A stretch of 64,000 nucleotides of DNA, from the NCBI GenBank assembly GCA_013265495.1, contig MU058824.1, positions 3,065,111-3,129,110 on the forward strand. The letters are read 5' to 3'. This stretch comes from Vicugna vicugna (taxonomy: Eukaryota). A model generated the notes under the pieces. That model made no database searches. It saw nothing but the letters and a program-made list of their open reading frames with translations, and had not been told where the DNA came from. How positions within the stretch are numbered: the first letter of the stretch is position 1; the number at the start of each line of letters is the position of its first letter. Shown here piece after piece: positions 13,396 through 27,649 of the stretch. Both the position numbers and the translations under genes were made by a program.

Positions 13396-15109
13396 CTACC
13401 GAAGAAATCAACAAAACCTAGTTATCATAAATAAAAGTATTTGATGATAGTCATATTTTTGCCCTTCAAACTAGAATTGATACTCAAGGTGTACTCAAAG
13501 ACAAGAAATTATTTTGCTTACCATTCCTTCTTTCATCTTAAACTTTTTTTTTAGATTATTCTTTCTGAAGTATATTAAGTAAGACTTTGTTGAGGTAAAC
13601 TCTCATTTTTTTATTCCAAAAATCTTTCACTCTTTTTGATTAAAGGCTTAACTGAGCCTATAACTTTAGATTTCTTTCTGAATGTTGAGAATAGTGTTCC
13701 AGAGCTCTGGCTTCCATTGTTGCTATTTTTACGTCTAATTGTTACTTTGAATAATTTTTTTCCCTTGGCTGATCTTTGTCTTTGGAGTATTGCAGTTTCA
13801 GTCTGAAATGTGTAAACTTGGATTTGTCTACACTGGGATTCATTTGACTTTCTAAATCCTAAGATTCATATCATTCATATATTCTGGAAAATTCTCCATC
13901 ATTATTCCAGTATTGCCTCTTGCCTATTTTCTCTATTCTTTTGGAGCTCCAGAAAGATGTCTGAAACATTCCCATTTGACTCTCTTTGTCTTATAACTGC
14001 CCTTTGATGTTTTCTATTCCTCATTTCTTTATGTTTCATTCTGGGTAATTTTTCAATATCTATCTTAATCTATTTTTTTAAGCTGTGTCTAATCTGCTAC
14101 TTGACCAGTCCTATGTTTTTATAAATTTCCATAGTTGTATTTTTTCACTTCGCTAAGTTCTGTCTGGCTTTTTCAAATATGTCTAGATTTTTATTCCTTG
14201 CCTATGTTTTTTATTCCTCATTTTATTTCCTTTTTTGTAATTATTTTTTAAATGGTGAAACATCATACCTACAGAAAAGTACATAAATAAGACATATGTA
14301 TAGTTTAAAGAAAAATGAACACCTGTGGTGTATCATCCATGTTAAGAAGTAGAACAGTAGCAGTACTTTAATAAAAGTGCCTTGCTTCTCTCTCCTGTTG
14401 CATCCTTCCGTCAGCATGCAGTGCTTCAAGTATTTGACAATGTCTTTTTTTTTAATCTCTCTGAGGCTATTGATAGGTTTTTTTAAATTTCAAGTTTTCC
14501 TCTCCCTATGTAGTCTCTACTTTTTCCAAAATATCCCCCCATTTTTGTACGTCTTTATATTAGAAGCTTTTATCAACTGTTTGATTACCTTTGGCTGTCT
14601 GCTCATAATTAAGAGTGGAGAACTAAAAGCTGACCAGGAAGGGTGAGTGTAAGGGTAGGGCTTGAGCTTCACTAAAGAGAATGAAGCTATTTTTTGAGGA
14701 ACTCCTAATGTCAGTATCTTTTGTTCTTTAACCAGAAGGCTAAAGATCTCTGAATTCAGTATTCAGTATGCTATGGTCACTCAAATTCCCTGATTTTGGT
14801 AAGGTACCCAAGCCTTCAACTGTGTCTGGCATCCTTTTATACAGAGATTTTCTGTTTTACTCTTTAGAGAATAATATTCAAATCTTTATATATTACAATC
14901 CTTAGTTATTTTGCTGTACCAGCTTGGACCCTGCCTCCCTCCACCCCAAAACAATAGTGAACAGCAATAGTGATAGTGTATGTTCTCCTCCCTCATTTTA
15001 TAGAGAAAACTTCTAAAGTTTCACCATTTAAAAATGTGCTATCGGTTTTAGTGCAAGTTTTTGATGAGTTTCCTTCTATCTAGTTAATTAATAGTTTGGT
15101 TTTTCTAAA

Positions 15110-16910
15110 ACAGTTTTATTGAGGTATAATTTACATAAAATAAATTCACTAATTTTAAGTGTACAGTTAAATGATTTTTAGTAAATTTACAAAGTTGTAC
15201 AGTCATCAACACAATCCAATTTTAGAACATTTTTGTCACTCTAAAAAAATCCCTCCTGCCCATTAGCAGTCACTCCCCTTCTTACTCCCAGCCACAGGCA
15301 ACCACTACTTTCTGTCTCTATAGATCTGCCTATTGTTGACATTTCATATAAACAGAATCATATAAGAAGTTGTCTGTTGGTTTGGCTTTTTCACTTAGCT
15401 TAATTTTCTTTGAGTTTCATCCATGTTGTAGCACATAAATAGTACTTTGTTCTTTTTCACTACCACATAGTATTCTCTTGGATAGGTATACCACAGTTTG
15501 TTTATTCGTTTACCAGTTAATAAATATTTGGATTGGTTCTATTTTTTGCTATTATGAATACTACTCCTATAAGCATTCTTTGTGTGGACTTGTATGTTCA
15601 TTTCTCTTGGGTAGATATCTAGAAGTAGAATTGCTGGGACATATGGCAATTCTATGTTTAACATTTTAAGAAGCTGCCAAACTATTTTCTAAAGTGGCTG
15701 TACCATTTTACATTCCTACCAGCAATATATGAGGTTCCAGTTTCTCCATACTCTTGCCAATATTTGTTGCTGTCTTAGTAGGTGTCAAGTGGTGTCTTAT
15801 TTGGGTTTTCATTTGCATTTCTGTTAAGACTAATGATGTCAAACATTTTCTTATGTGCTTATTAATCATTTGTATATCTCCCTCCAGGAAATGTCTATGT
15901 AAATTTTGGTCATTTTAAAATTGGGTTTTTGTGTTATGTGTAAGTGTGATTTTTATATATTAATTTTGTATCTCTTATAACCTTGATGAACTTATTAGTT
16001 CTAGTAGTTTTGTGAATTCAAGATTTTTTCTATATAAGGTCATATCTTCTACATAAGAAAATAGTTTTACTTCTTTCTTTCCAATCTGTTATTTTTCTTG
16101 ACGGATTGTACTTCCAGTGCAATTGCCCCTCCATCCAGTACAATGTTAAATAAAAGTGGTGAGAGCAGACATCCTTGCCTTGTTCCCAATCTTAGGGGGA
16201 AGGTATTTAGTCTTTCAACATTAAGTATGATTTTAACTGTAGGTTTTTCATAGATGTCCTTTATCAGGTTGAGGAAGTTTCCTATTATTCCTAGTTTTAT
16301 TTCAAATGGGTATTGGATTTTGTCAAGTGCTTTTCCTGCCTTTATTGAGATGATATATTTATAGACTTTATCAATGTGATATATTAATTGATTTTTAGAT
16401 GTTAAACCAACCTTGCCTGTATTCCTGGGATAAATTCGACTTAGTTGTGACATATAATCCTTTCTATATGTTGCTAGGTTTGATTTGCTAGTATTTTGTT
16501 GAGGAATATTATCAATTTTTTTTGAGGGATATTGGGCTGTAGTTTCCTTTTCTTATTATGTTTGTCTGGTTTGGTATCATAGTAATTACTAGCCGCAAAA
16601 AAATGATTTGGGAATTGTTCTCCCCTCTCTTTTCTGTAAGAGTTTGTGAAGGACTGATATTATTTATTCTGTAAATGGTAAAATTCACCAGTGGAGCCTT
16701 TTGGGCCTGGGTTTTTTATTGTGGGAAGATTTTTAAATTACCAGTTCAGTTTCTTTATTTGCTATAGATCTGTAGGTCTACAGATTTTATATTTGCTGTT
16801 GAGTCAGTTTAAGTAATTTGTATTTGTTTATCTAAGTTGTCTAATTTGTTGCCATAAAGTTGTTCATTATATTCCTTTGTAATCCTTTTAATTTCTATAA
16901 GGTGATATTG
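15110..16910 (-). mobile_element. Older LINE-1 (L1M-type) 3' UTR plus ORF2 fragment
   Basis: Starts TTTTATTGAGGTATAATTTACAT (inverted L1 3' end); ORF 16067..16453 has the RT-like [17 protein letters not shown]. Confidence 0.85.
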
Positions 16911-16929
16911 TCTCCTCAAAACCACTTTT

Positions 16930-17060
16930 TGATGGGGGAAGTAATTAGATTGATCTATTTACTTTTAGAGGTGGTACTGGGGATTGAACCCAGGACCTTG
17001 TGCACAAGACCTTGTGCATGCTAAGCTTGCACTCTACCGCTTGAGCTATACCCTCCCCCT
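16930..17060 (-). mobile_element. tRNA-derived SINE (camelid type)
   Basis: Reverse complement has GGGGAGGGTATAGCTCAAG, GGTTCAATCCCCAGTACC and a TAATTACTTCCCCC tail. Confidence 0.85.
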
Positions 17061-17490
17061 CCCTTTTTTTGTTTTTAATTATGACTGAATGTTGAATTTT
17101 ATTCTTCAGTTGAGATGTCATATGGATTTATCTATTTTAAGCTGCTAATGTGATAAATTAATAGAATTTCTATTAATAAATATTTTCATTCCTAGAATAA
17201 ACCCAACTTGGTCATGACCTTTTGATTAATATCTTACAGGATCCAATTGCCCTTTTTCAGACTATTCACATCTCCATTCATATTACACAGATTGACCTTT
17301 CAAATTTAGGCATCAAGCTTCATATCTGAGGTAATGAGAATTCCGTTTTTCTGGAATCTAAACAATTTAATAAAATTGTAATGTTCTTTTTCTTGTAATA
17401 TTTGGTAGAAGTCACCTGTAAAACTGATAGCTGCTATTTTATTAATAGATAGGTTTTAATTGGTATTTTTCATTTCTCTAATGGCTAAGG

Positions 17491-17798
17491 CAGAGGTGAT
17501 ATTCAGAATATTTAAATAACCAGCACTGCATGAAAACTAGTCAGTCAGAGTTGATGCAGGTGGCAGTGCTGGAACTGGGTTCTGGAATTACTATGTAAGG
17601 GGGACTGTAGCTACTAGATCATAGGGACATCTTGAGGGAGGTATCTCTAGCAGAGGGGCCTGGGTAGCTAGAAGGTGTCATGATATGACACCTGCGGGTG
17701 ATTCAGGATAGTGACTATTCATCAGTTAGTATGGAAGAAGTTCAATCTTAACAACTGTTTCAGCTGAACCAGTGCATAATGGTTAAATATCAGTCCTG
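17491..17798 (+). mobile_element. Zaphod/MER115-like hAT-Tip100 element
   Basis: Imperfect TIRs CAGAGGTGATATTCAG ... TTAAATATCAGTCCTG. Confidence 0.6.
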
Positions 17799-18881
17799 GT
17801 AACAGGTCTACTTCAGGTTTTTTATTTCTTCCTTGATCAGTTTTGCAAAGGTGTATTTTTTTGAGTAAATATCCATTTCATCCAAGTTTTCAAGTATTTT
17901 GACATAAAGCTGATCTTGTTATCTTTCTCTATATTTTTTGTCTCCTTTCTCATTGCTAAGATTATTTATTTGCATCCTCTTTTTTTTCTCTTGATGTCTC
18001 TTACCAGAGAATTGCATATTCAATTAGCTTTTCAAAGAACAGGCTTTAAAAAAATCTTTATTGTACTTTCATTTTCTATTTCATTAATTTCTGCTTTTAT
18101 CATTTTCATACATTTACTTTCAATGGGTTTACCCTTCTTTATCTTTTTCCAATTTTTTAAGTAAGATGTTTAGTTCATTAATTTTCAGTTTATCACTATG
18201 ATTTTTTTCTTAGAAGTCACCCAACATGGGAATTTTTATTTACCTGTGGTTAAATTGTACTAAAGTCAGGAAAAATGGTTTGTCTGATAATTCTTTGATA
18301 TTGGTTGAGACTTACTTTGTAGTCCAATACATGCTCAATTTTTGTACATGTTCAAAGTTTGCTTCAGAGGATGTATTCACTATTTGGGAACAGAATTCTA
18401 CATACGCTTACTAGATCAAGCTTATTAATAAAATTAAAATTTTCTATAGACTTACTAATTTTTAATCTCTTTTATCTATTAGTAAGTGAAACAATGGTGT
18501 TAATATTTTCAAGAGAGATAGAGATTTTTTTTCTTGTCCATTTGTGCTTTTTATGGTTTGAGGCTGTTATTAGATACATATAAGAAAAGAATTTTTATGT
18601 TCTAGTGAAATAAACCTTTTAATATAATAACTTTTTATCACTAATAATGCTTTATGCCTTAAACTCTATTTTATCTGCTATTAATGTAGATAAAACTTTT
18701 TCCTTGCTTGGATATGCTTCTTACAAAGAGCATATAGTCTGTTTTTGTTTTTCAGTCCAATCTAATATTATCTATTAACTAGGTACATTAATCTATATAC
18801 ACTTACTATAATAATTATTGATATTTGGATTATCTGCCTACTGTATTATTTTTGTGCTTCCTAATTTACCTTTTTGTTGTT

Positions 18882-19060
18882 GTTGGTGGTGAAGTATAGT
18901 TGATTTACAATGTTGTGTTTGTTAGTTTCAGGTGTACAGCAAAGTGACTCAATTATGTATAAAATTATTTTTCAGATTCTTTTCCATTATAGATTACATT
19001 ATATATTACAAGGTCATATTGAGTATAGTTCCCTGTGCTATATAGTAGTTTCTTGTTGCT
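18882..19060 (-). mobile_element. Short L1 3'-end fragment
   Basis: GAAGTATAGTTGATTTACAATGTTGTG...TTTCAGGTGTACAGCAAAGTGA; same family as 38385-38640. Confidence 0.75.
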
Positions 19061-19777
19061 TGTTTTTTTTGTTATTGTTGTTTTTTTGCCAGCAGACATT
19101 ATCTGTATTTTTGCTCTTCCCATTGTTCTTTCTTCCCTCTTAATGTTCCAAGAGTGCTGCTTTTATCATTTTTGTTTAGGAAACTTACTTCAGTCATTTT
19201 TAAAAAAGGCTAGCATCTAATTCTCTTAGTTGTCTTTCATCTGAAAATGACTTGATTCCCTTTCATTCCTGAAAGATGTTACCACAAGATATAGTATTCT
19301 GGGTCAATAGTTCTTTTCTCTCAATACTTGAAAAATGTGTGTCACTTCTTTCTGGCATCCATGGTTTCTGATGAGAGCTTTTTTTTTTTAATTTAAAAAA
19401 AATTGAAGTATAGCTGATTTAGAGAACTTGTTTATTGATCTTTTTCTTTTTAGATTTTATCCTTCTACTAATTTGGAAGTTATCACTTGTAATCTTACTA
19501 AGTTTTATTTCTAAACTAAAAATAATTAGCTCTAAATTTGAACATGCTTGTCTTAGTTTAAAGATAATCAGTAGTTCTATGCTTTGCTCAAACAATATGA
19601 TAGCTAGAAATCTTTAAGACTGTCCCCTCTGTTTTTACATATAAGCTCTAAAAAGAATATTTCAGAAATGATCTTGGTGTATTACTGTATCATCATTTCA
19701 CCAAAGCTAGCAACAGGAATATTTCAATTATTTCTCAAACTTCAACTCTTTAGATTCTATATAAGGAGATATTCTGT

Positions 19778-19991
19778 TGATGTGTTTCACAACACAGGCA
19801 TTACTGACATTTTCAATAGGATGACTAGTCAGTCCACTGGGCAAACTGCTCCATGCACTGCAGGATGTTTAGAAACTCTGGATCCCTGTTGACTAAGTAC
19901 CAGCAGAAATCCTCTCTTCTCTTGTAGTGACAACTAAAACTGCACCAAACATTCCCCTAAGGATCAGTACCACTCCAACTGAGAAACTACT
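19778..19991. mobile_element. MER20-like DNA transposon remnant
   Basis: CAGGATGTTTAG...GTGACAACTAAAA...CTGAGAAACTACT. Confidence 0.6.
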
Positions 19992-20374
19992 CTTTTAATG
20001 CATGAAAACAAAGTGCCAAAATTACAAAATAAACAGATTTAGAATTAAAGGGCCAAAGACTGCAAAACATTTCAGTTCCACAAAGGAAACAAAAATATTT
20101 TTCCTTAAATTCTTTAAATTCAGGAAACTCATAAACCAGTTTTCATCATTAATTATACTACTTGGTCCCCTTTCCACATAATTTTTTTCAAATATTTTAG
20201 TCACAATATATGACTAAGTGCAAGTAACAAGATGGAATCACTTCCTGATTGTTTTCCCAAAGCCAGTTTTTCTCCTAAAGAGATATGAGAGATAAGACAG
20301 AATGCTGAATTTGTTTACCATCTTAAAAAATTTTTTTGGTGTTCATAATCCAACATGGTTTCCTATTCACAAAC

Positions 20375-20572
20375 CTGTTGGTGTCCCAAATAATGACATT
20401 TCCATCAAATCCTGACGTTACTAAGAGTCTTGTATTAGTATCATATTCGATGTTCTTCACCCAGCTAGTGTGACCATGTAAAGTGCATACTTTGGTGTTC
20501 AATTTTCTCAGATCCCATAGTGCTATTGTAGTGTCATCAGAGCAGGTAGCAAACAGCCGGTTATCAAGAAAT
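20375..20572 (-). CDS. DCAF10: DCAF10 coding exon 3 (WD40 repeats)
   Basis: ttgtag|A TTT CTT GAT = FLDNRLFATCSDDTTIALWDLRKLNTKVCTLHGHTSWVKNIEYDTNTRLLVTSGFDGNVIIWDTN; donor AG|GTTTGT; 198 nt. Confidence 0.96.
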
Positions 20573-21116
20573 CTACAAAGCAGAAAAGAAAAACTAGTTT
20601 ATTTAATATCTTATTAAAGAAAACTTGAGAAACAGTCTCTGTATTACCTAATGAAGAAAACAAACCAAAAAAGGACTGTAAACTCACTGTATAAACCCAG
20701 CAATTCTGATATATAATAAATAGTAAGTATAATTCACATAATCACAGAAGATACTATGATTTAATGAGGGCCATGTTGCAGTTTTACCCATTTGCTTTAC
20801 ATTATTGATTTTTATTTGAAACTGGAGATAGGGGTGGGTGTTTGGAGAACAGTGCTAGAGAGAAGGAACTTTAGAATCTGTATAGGAAACAAATGATGAG
20901 AAACAATTTAATAGGAGACAAGAGATTTTGAAGACTTAATTGCCAAGGGAGACATGTTAAACATAAAGTTATGAGAAATATTTACTCTGCTACAAATAGC
21001 ATCTCTTTCAATTTAGAGTACATTTCTATATAGAATACAATTATGTAGAAAACTTGCTATTAAAATGCCATAATTTTTAATCTATTAATTCAAAGGCATT
21101 CCCCAATCTCACTTCT

Positions 21117-23851
21117 AGGACAACCTAGAAGAAAGTGACAAATTCTTAGAAAGGTACAATCTCTCAAGACCGAACCAGGGAGAAATAGAAAATATAAACA
21201 GACCAATTACCAGTGATGAAAGTGAATCAGTAATTTTAAAACTCCCAACAAACAAAAGTCCAGGACCAGACGGCTTCACAGGTGAATTCTACTAAACATT
21301 TAGAGAAGAGTTGACACCTATCCTTTTTTAACTATTCCAAAATATTGGAGAGGGAGAAACACTTCCAAACTCATTCTATGAGGCCAGCAACACCCTAATA
21401 TCAAAATCAGACAAAGCTATCACGACAAAGAAAAGTAAAGGCCAGTATCTCTGATGAACATAGATGCAAAAATCCAACAAGATATTAGCAAATTAAATCT
21501 AACTGTACATTAAAACAATCAAATATGATCAAGTGGGATTTATCCTAGGGGTGCAAGGGTTTTTCAGTATTCACAAATCAATCAACATTATGCACCACAT
21601 TAACAAACTGAAGACTAAAAACCATATGATCATCTCAATAGATGCAGAAAAAGCTTTTGATAAAGTTCAAATTCATTTATGATTAAACACTCTTCAGAAA
21701 GTGGGCACAGAGGGAACATACCTCAACATAATAAAGGCCACGTATGACAAAGCCACAACTAACATCAAACTTAATGGTGAAAAGCATTTCCTCTAAGAGC
21801 AAGAAGACAAGGATGCCCTCTCTTGCCACTTTTATTCAACATAGTATTGGAAGTCCTAGCCACAGCAATCAGAGAAGAAAAAGAAGTAAAAGGAAGTGAA
21901 ACTGTCACTGTTTGCAGAGGATGTGATACTATACATAGAAAATCCTAGATACTACCAGAAGACCACTAGAGTTCATCAATGAACTCCATAAAATTGCAGG
22001 ATACAAAATTAATATACATTGCTATACACTAACAAGGAACTATCAGAAATTAAGGGAACAGTTCCATTTGTCATCACATCAAAAAGAATAAAACACCTAG
22101 TAATATATCTGCCTAAGGAGGCAAAAGACCTGCACTCAGAAAACTATAAGACACCAATGAAAGAAATTAATGACACAAACAGATGGAAAGATATACCATA
22201 TTCTCAGACTAGAATAATTAATACTGTTAAAGTGACCATACTACCTAATGCAATCTACAGATTCAATGCAATCTCTATCAAAATACCAATGGCATTTTTC
22301 ATAGAACTAGAACAAATAATTTCAAAATTTGTATGGAAACACAAAAGACCCCAAATAGCCAAAACAATCTTGAGAAAAAAATAACAGAGTTGGAGGAATC
22401 ACACTCTGACTTCACACTATACTACAAAGCTACAGAAAACTGGCACTCGTACTGGCACAAAAAACAGACATATAGATCAGTGGAACAGAATGGAGAGCCC
22501 AGAAATAAACCCACACACTTACTGTCAGTTAATCATGACAAAGGAGGCAAGAATATACAATGGAGAAAAGACAGTCTCTTCAATAAGTGGTGCTGGGAAA
22601 ACTGGGCAGATACATGTAAAAGAATGAAGTTAGACCATTCTCTAACATCATATACAAAACTATATGCAAAATGGATTAAAGATCTAAATGTAAGACTGGA
22701 TACTATAAAACTCCTAGAGGAAAACATAGGCAGAACACTCTTTGACAAAAATCGCAGCAGAACTTTTCTGGATGTTTCATAAATCAAGGGAAACAAAAGC
22801 AAAAGTAAACAAATGGGACCTAACTAAACTTAACAGCTTTTACACAGTAAAGGGAACCATTAATAAAATGAAAACACAACCTACTGAATAGAAGAAGATA
22901 TTTGCAAATGGTATGACTGATAAGAGGTTAACATCCAACATATATAAACAGCTGATATAACTCAACATCAAAAAAGAAAAAAAACCACACATACACAACC
23001 CGATTAAAAAAATGGGCAGAACTGAATAGAAATTTTTCCAAAGAGGAAATGCAGATGGTCAACAGGTACATGAAAAGATGTTCAACACTGTTAATCATCA
23101 GGGAAATGTAAATCAAAACCACAGTGAGGTATCACTTCACACCAGTCAGAATGGCTATCATCAAAAAGAACACAACGATTGCTGGCAAGGATGTGAAGAA
23201 AAGGGAACCCTCATACACTGTTGGTAGGAATGTAAACTGGTGTAGCCACTATGGAAAACAGCATAGAGGTTTCTCAAAAAACTAAAAATAGAACTACCAT
23301 ATGACCCAGCAATTCCCCTCCTGGATATAAATCCAAGAAAACCAAAAACATTAATTTGAAAAGATATATGCACCCCAACGTTCATAGCAGCATTATTTAC
23401 AATTGCCAAGATATGGAAGCAACCTAAGTGTCCATCAACAGATGAATGGATAAAGAAGATGTGACATATACATATACATATATATATATAAATACACACA
23501 CACACACACAATGGAATACTACACAGCCGTAAAAAGAATGAAATTTTGCCATTTGCAGCAACATGGTTGGACTTAGCATTAAGCTAAGTGCAATAAGTCA
23601 GGCACAGAAAGGCAAACAGTATATGATATCACTTATATATGGAATCTAAAAAATACAACAAACTAGTGAATGAAACAAAAAAGCAGACTCAGATATAGAA
23701 AACAAACTAGTGGTTATCAGTGGGGGAAGGGGAAGGGACAATACAGGAGGGAAAAATGGAGTTCTTATGAAATCATCTGTGTGGAGCTTTTGAAAGTTGT
23801 AAGGCACTACAGAATTTAAAGAACTTTTCATTCCATTTTTTAGAAAGGAAA
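21117..23851 (+). mobile_element. 5'-truncated LINE-1 (ORF2 RT/C-terminal region plus 3' UTR), antisense to DCAF10
   Basis: ORF2 remnants ([45 protein letters not shown]) with frameshifts and stops, followed by an L1 3' UTR. Confidence 0.92.
23466..23510. repeat. Compound (TA)n/(CA)n microsatellite inside the L1
   Basis: CATATACATATACATATATATATATAAATACACACACACACACACA. Confidence 0.85.
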
Positions 23852-26800
23852 AAAAGTCATCATTTCTAATCTACTAATTCAGAAGAGTTATTCCCCAAAT
23901 AATCTCACTTAACGTATTATTAGGACCACTCAAGATTACAAAATAGACACAATTAAAATACTCTATAGTTCAGATTTTTATTTTACACTAATTTCTCAAT
24001 CCTAGTGAAAATATATTTTTATACAAATACTGAAAAAAAAATAACAACCTACCTATCACATTTTAATTTCTGCCTAAATCAACATTAGCATGCCTTCTCT
24101 AACATATGCTGTTATATATAACTTCCTAATCTCTTGCAGATTAAATGAATTCTGGAGCTTCTTCCAAGATAAAATTATATGTAGTTATTTTCTATCAGAA
24201 ATCAGTCTCAATATGCACAAACACCAAACATCATGGCCTTCCTGAAACTTAACGTGATTTTAAAATTCCAGGCTTCTTGACCCGGATAACACTTCCTTTC
24301 TTTTTAATAGTGAGCTATTATCCACTCCAGGAAGCCGCCTCTCTCTGTCCAGCCTGGGCCAGATTTGCCAATTTTCTAATCTCCCAGAGCAGTCTACATT
24401 TCTATCGTAACACCTAATATTATAGTGTAAGGAATCACTTTACAAGGCTATAAACTCCTTGAAGGTAGGGGGAACCTATCTGCATAGTTCAGGATTAGAT
24501 CTGCAGTACTCAATGCATGCACTGCCAATCACAAATATTTATTAAATTAATGAATGAGGTAGGAGTTCATTGACTAGTGGAGAAGACATTATAAATACAG
24601 CTAGACAAAATAAATGTGTGGAATAAAGAAAAGAGGATGATTAGGAAAGACTTCACGGTGTTGTCATTTGAACTGACTTTAAAAGATGAGCAAGAACTTC
24701 CTAAGTGGCCAAGGGGTAAGCAAAATTACAGAGATATGTATGGGGATGGTGCACTTTCAGAGTCAACAGTAGTCAGAAGTGCTGTGTGTGGAAAAGTAGA
24801 GATAAGCAGAGAAGATATCATGAAATTATTTTATAGTGATGCCCAATAACTACTTCTTAATTACAAATACATGCCCACTGAAAATATTTTTTAAAAGAAA
24901 AAAATCCACCACCAAAAACAACCATAGTTACTGATACTTAGCCTAATTCCTGTATTTCAAGCCTAAAATTATTTCATAAATATTTTGCCATGTCATTAAA
25001 GATTAACAAAATAATTCTTAAGGGCCAAATAGCATTCACTGTATGAATGAACCACAATCTTTTTTCTTTTTTAAACCAACATACAATTATTAGATGTTTA
25101 GATTGCTTCCAATTTATTACTATTAAAAAACACTATGATGAACATCCTAAAAGCCAAATATTAATCATATTCCTAGTTATTTTTCTAAGTACATTTCCAG
25201 AAAAATATATTGCTAAGTAAAAAGATTTTTTTAAATGTAAGGCTTTTGATACATATAGCCAAATTGTCCTCAAAAGAACATACCAATATCAAGTTCCACC
25301 AGCAGTTAGGAGAGTGTCTATTTCTCCAGACCCTTGCCACACAGGTATTTTTTTAATTCTGCTAAGTGCTAGGAAAAAAATACCATCTTGTGTTAGGTTG
25401 AAACTTCTGTTTTTAGTAAAGTTGCACTGTTTCATATGAATTGGAGTATTATATTTCTTTTGGGAATTGCTATTCATGTTCCTTGTTGATTTTCTTGCAG
25501 TATTATTTTTATTATTGAATTATAAAATCTTTTTATAGTGAGTATAATATACTTTAGTTTTTCAAACACAGTATTTTGAATATGTTTTCTATACATTTCT
25601 ATCTTTCAATTTGGTTTATATATTTTCTTACCATACAAAAAAAATTTAATTATTATATTGTCACATCCATTTTTTTCCCTTACAGTTTTACGTTTACTGA
25701 TGAGGCTTTTTAAAGTAAAAATATTTCAGTGACTTCCACATCTGACAGGAACTATACGATTGAAAAAAATACAAAATGACAAAAGGCTACTGGAAAGTCA
25801 GTCCAACTTTTAAAATAAATTGATCATCATAAGAACATCTTTATACATTGAGTAATTTAGGAAAAAATAACTAAGATATTTTATTTAGTATACAAAAATA
25901 CTTAATGCACATATGGATTCAAAACCCCAATGGGATTACACTGCTGTAGGCCACAGTGGTTCACCCTGAAAAGTTTTAAGCAAGAGAGTGACATGATTGG
26001 TTAAGAATTTCAGAAGGCCCTCTGACCGGGGTTCCAAAACTCTCAGATTCTCATAAAAAATGAAGTGGAGGATCACTTAAAAATTATAAAAATTTCAAAA
26101 ATTTTTGTCAATAAGGCCACTGAAAACAATTACCATTGTTGTATGAAAGGATATTTTAATACCAGTAATGTAGAAAATATAATGGAGCAAAAGCTAATAG
26201 TTTTGAATTGGATTAGTTTAATGAAAAATTCAATATTTTGACCTTAGTTTTCTCATTTGTGCCTTAAAGTATTACCTGTTAAAAATTTTGGTATTGGAGA
26301 ATCACTGGTAAAAAGAGTAGAGTAGATAAATTATAGAAAATTAAGAATGTAGACTAGGAGACCAGTTAAAGCACCTACAACAATTCTTATCCCAAAGTAA
26401 GCAGACACTGAAAATGTAGTGTTAAGTCCTTAGAGATCTGGCCCAGTCCTCTCAAATTAAAATTTAGTCTAGCCTAATAATAATTATTAAGTATTTTTAA
26501 CTCCATAGTCTCCAATAAGCAGGAGACTCTCCACACACTGATATCTACGAGTTTCTGAATTATAGGCCTTTTCCATATGTCGCCCATTAAACCCCAACAT
26601 ATGACTATAACAGCTCTGGATAAATTGACATCTGGATGAATTCAGGTCTTCATTATCAAAGGATGATTGGTAAAGGATAATAGCAATTGAAATTGAATTT
26701 TCTTAAAACAGGTACCAACATTTCATTGTACTAGGGAAAGAAAATGTTGAATCTTAAAAAATAAAACCTTAAAAATCATGAACATAAGCCTTTTCATATT

Positions 26801-27649
26801 TATTTAACTATATGCAAATCTCAGAATAAGAATAAATTAAGTGTGTGGGTTTTTTGCATAATCTTTCCAATGAAATTATGACAGCAGAATACATCCTTAC
26901 TTCATATCTGAATTTTGTATTATAATAAAAAGGCCATTTCTGTATAATATTCAGGGTCTTTATCAATCTTCCCAAAGGCCTTTCCTTAGTCCTATAAGAA
27001 AACCATCTAATTCTTTGAAGTTTCTATCATGTCATCATTTCTGTCATTTTCTTCTAATTGATAACTAGTCTAACTCTATCAGATCCTCATTTGCCAATGA
27101 TTTTATATGTAATTGACCAGTTCTCTAACATCACTCTCAGGGCTTTACAAAATTTTACATCATTTGAAACATCAGAAATTTCATGTTCCCTGTGATAAGC
27201 ACTGTACTTACGTTATATTGTTTGAAATATAACAATCAGGAAAAGACCAACAAAGACAGTGGGGGGAAGGCAGATCCTGGAATATTTAAATAGGCACTAA
27301 TTTTTAAACTGCCATATCACTAAGAAAATATTCTTACGACAACAGCAGTTACCCCTGTAACCTCACAACCAGGGGACCTGGATTATTAAATGGACTCTTG
27401 AATCCTCATACAGAGTCCTTGTGAATGAGAAGTAAGCCTGTATAATGGGCTTGAGAATTTAAATTGTATATATTTTTCCTTTTATATGAAGCAACAGAAA
27501 ACACTCTCCATAACTATCAAGAAAAGCAAACCTCAAAACTGAGAAATGAACCAGAAGACTTATACTAAGTATGTGCAAAATTACTATCTGGAACAAAACC
27601 AGGAAATGCATGCCCACATCTCTGAACAGTGAAGCAAGGTGGTCTAATG

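Noticed and set aside
22019..22782. 121-aa and 149-aa ORFs
   Set aside because: Frameshifted L1 ORF2 fragments, not host genes or an active element.
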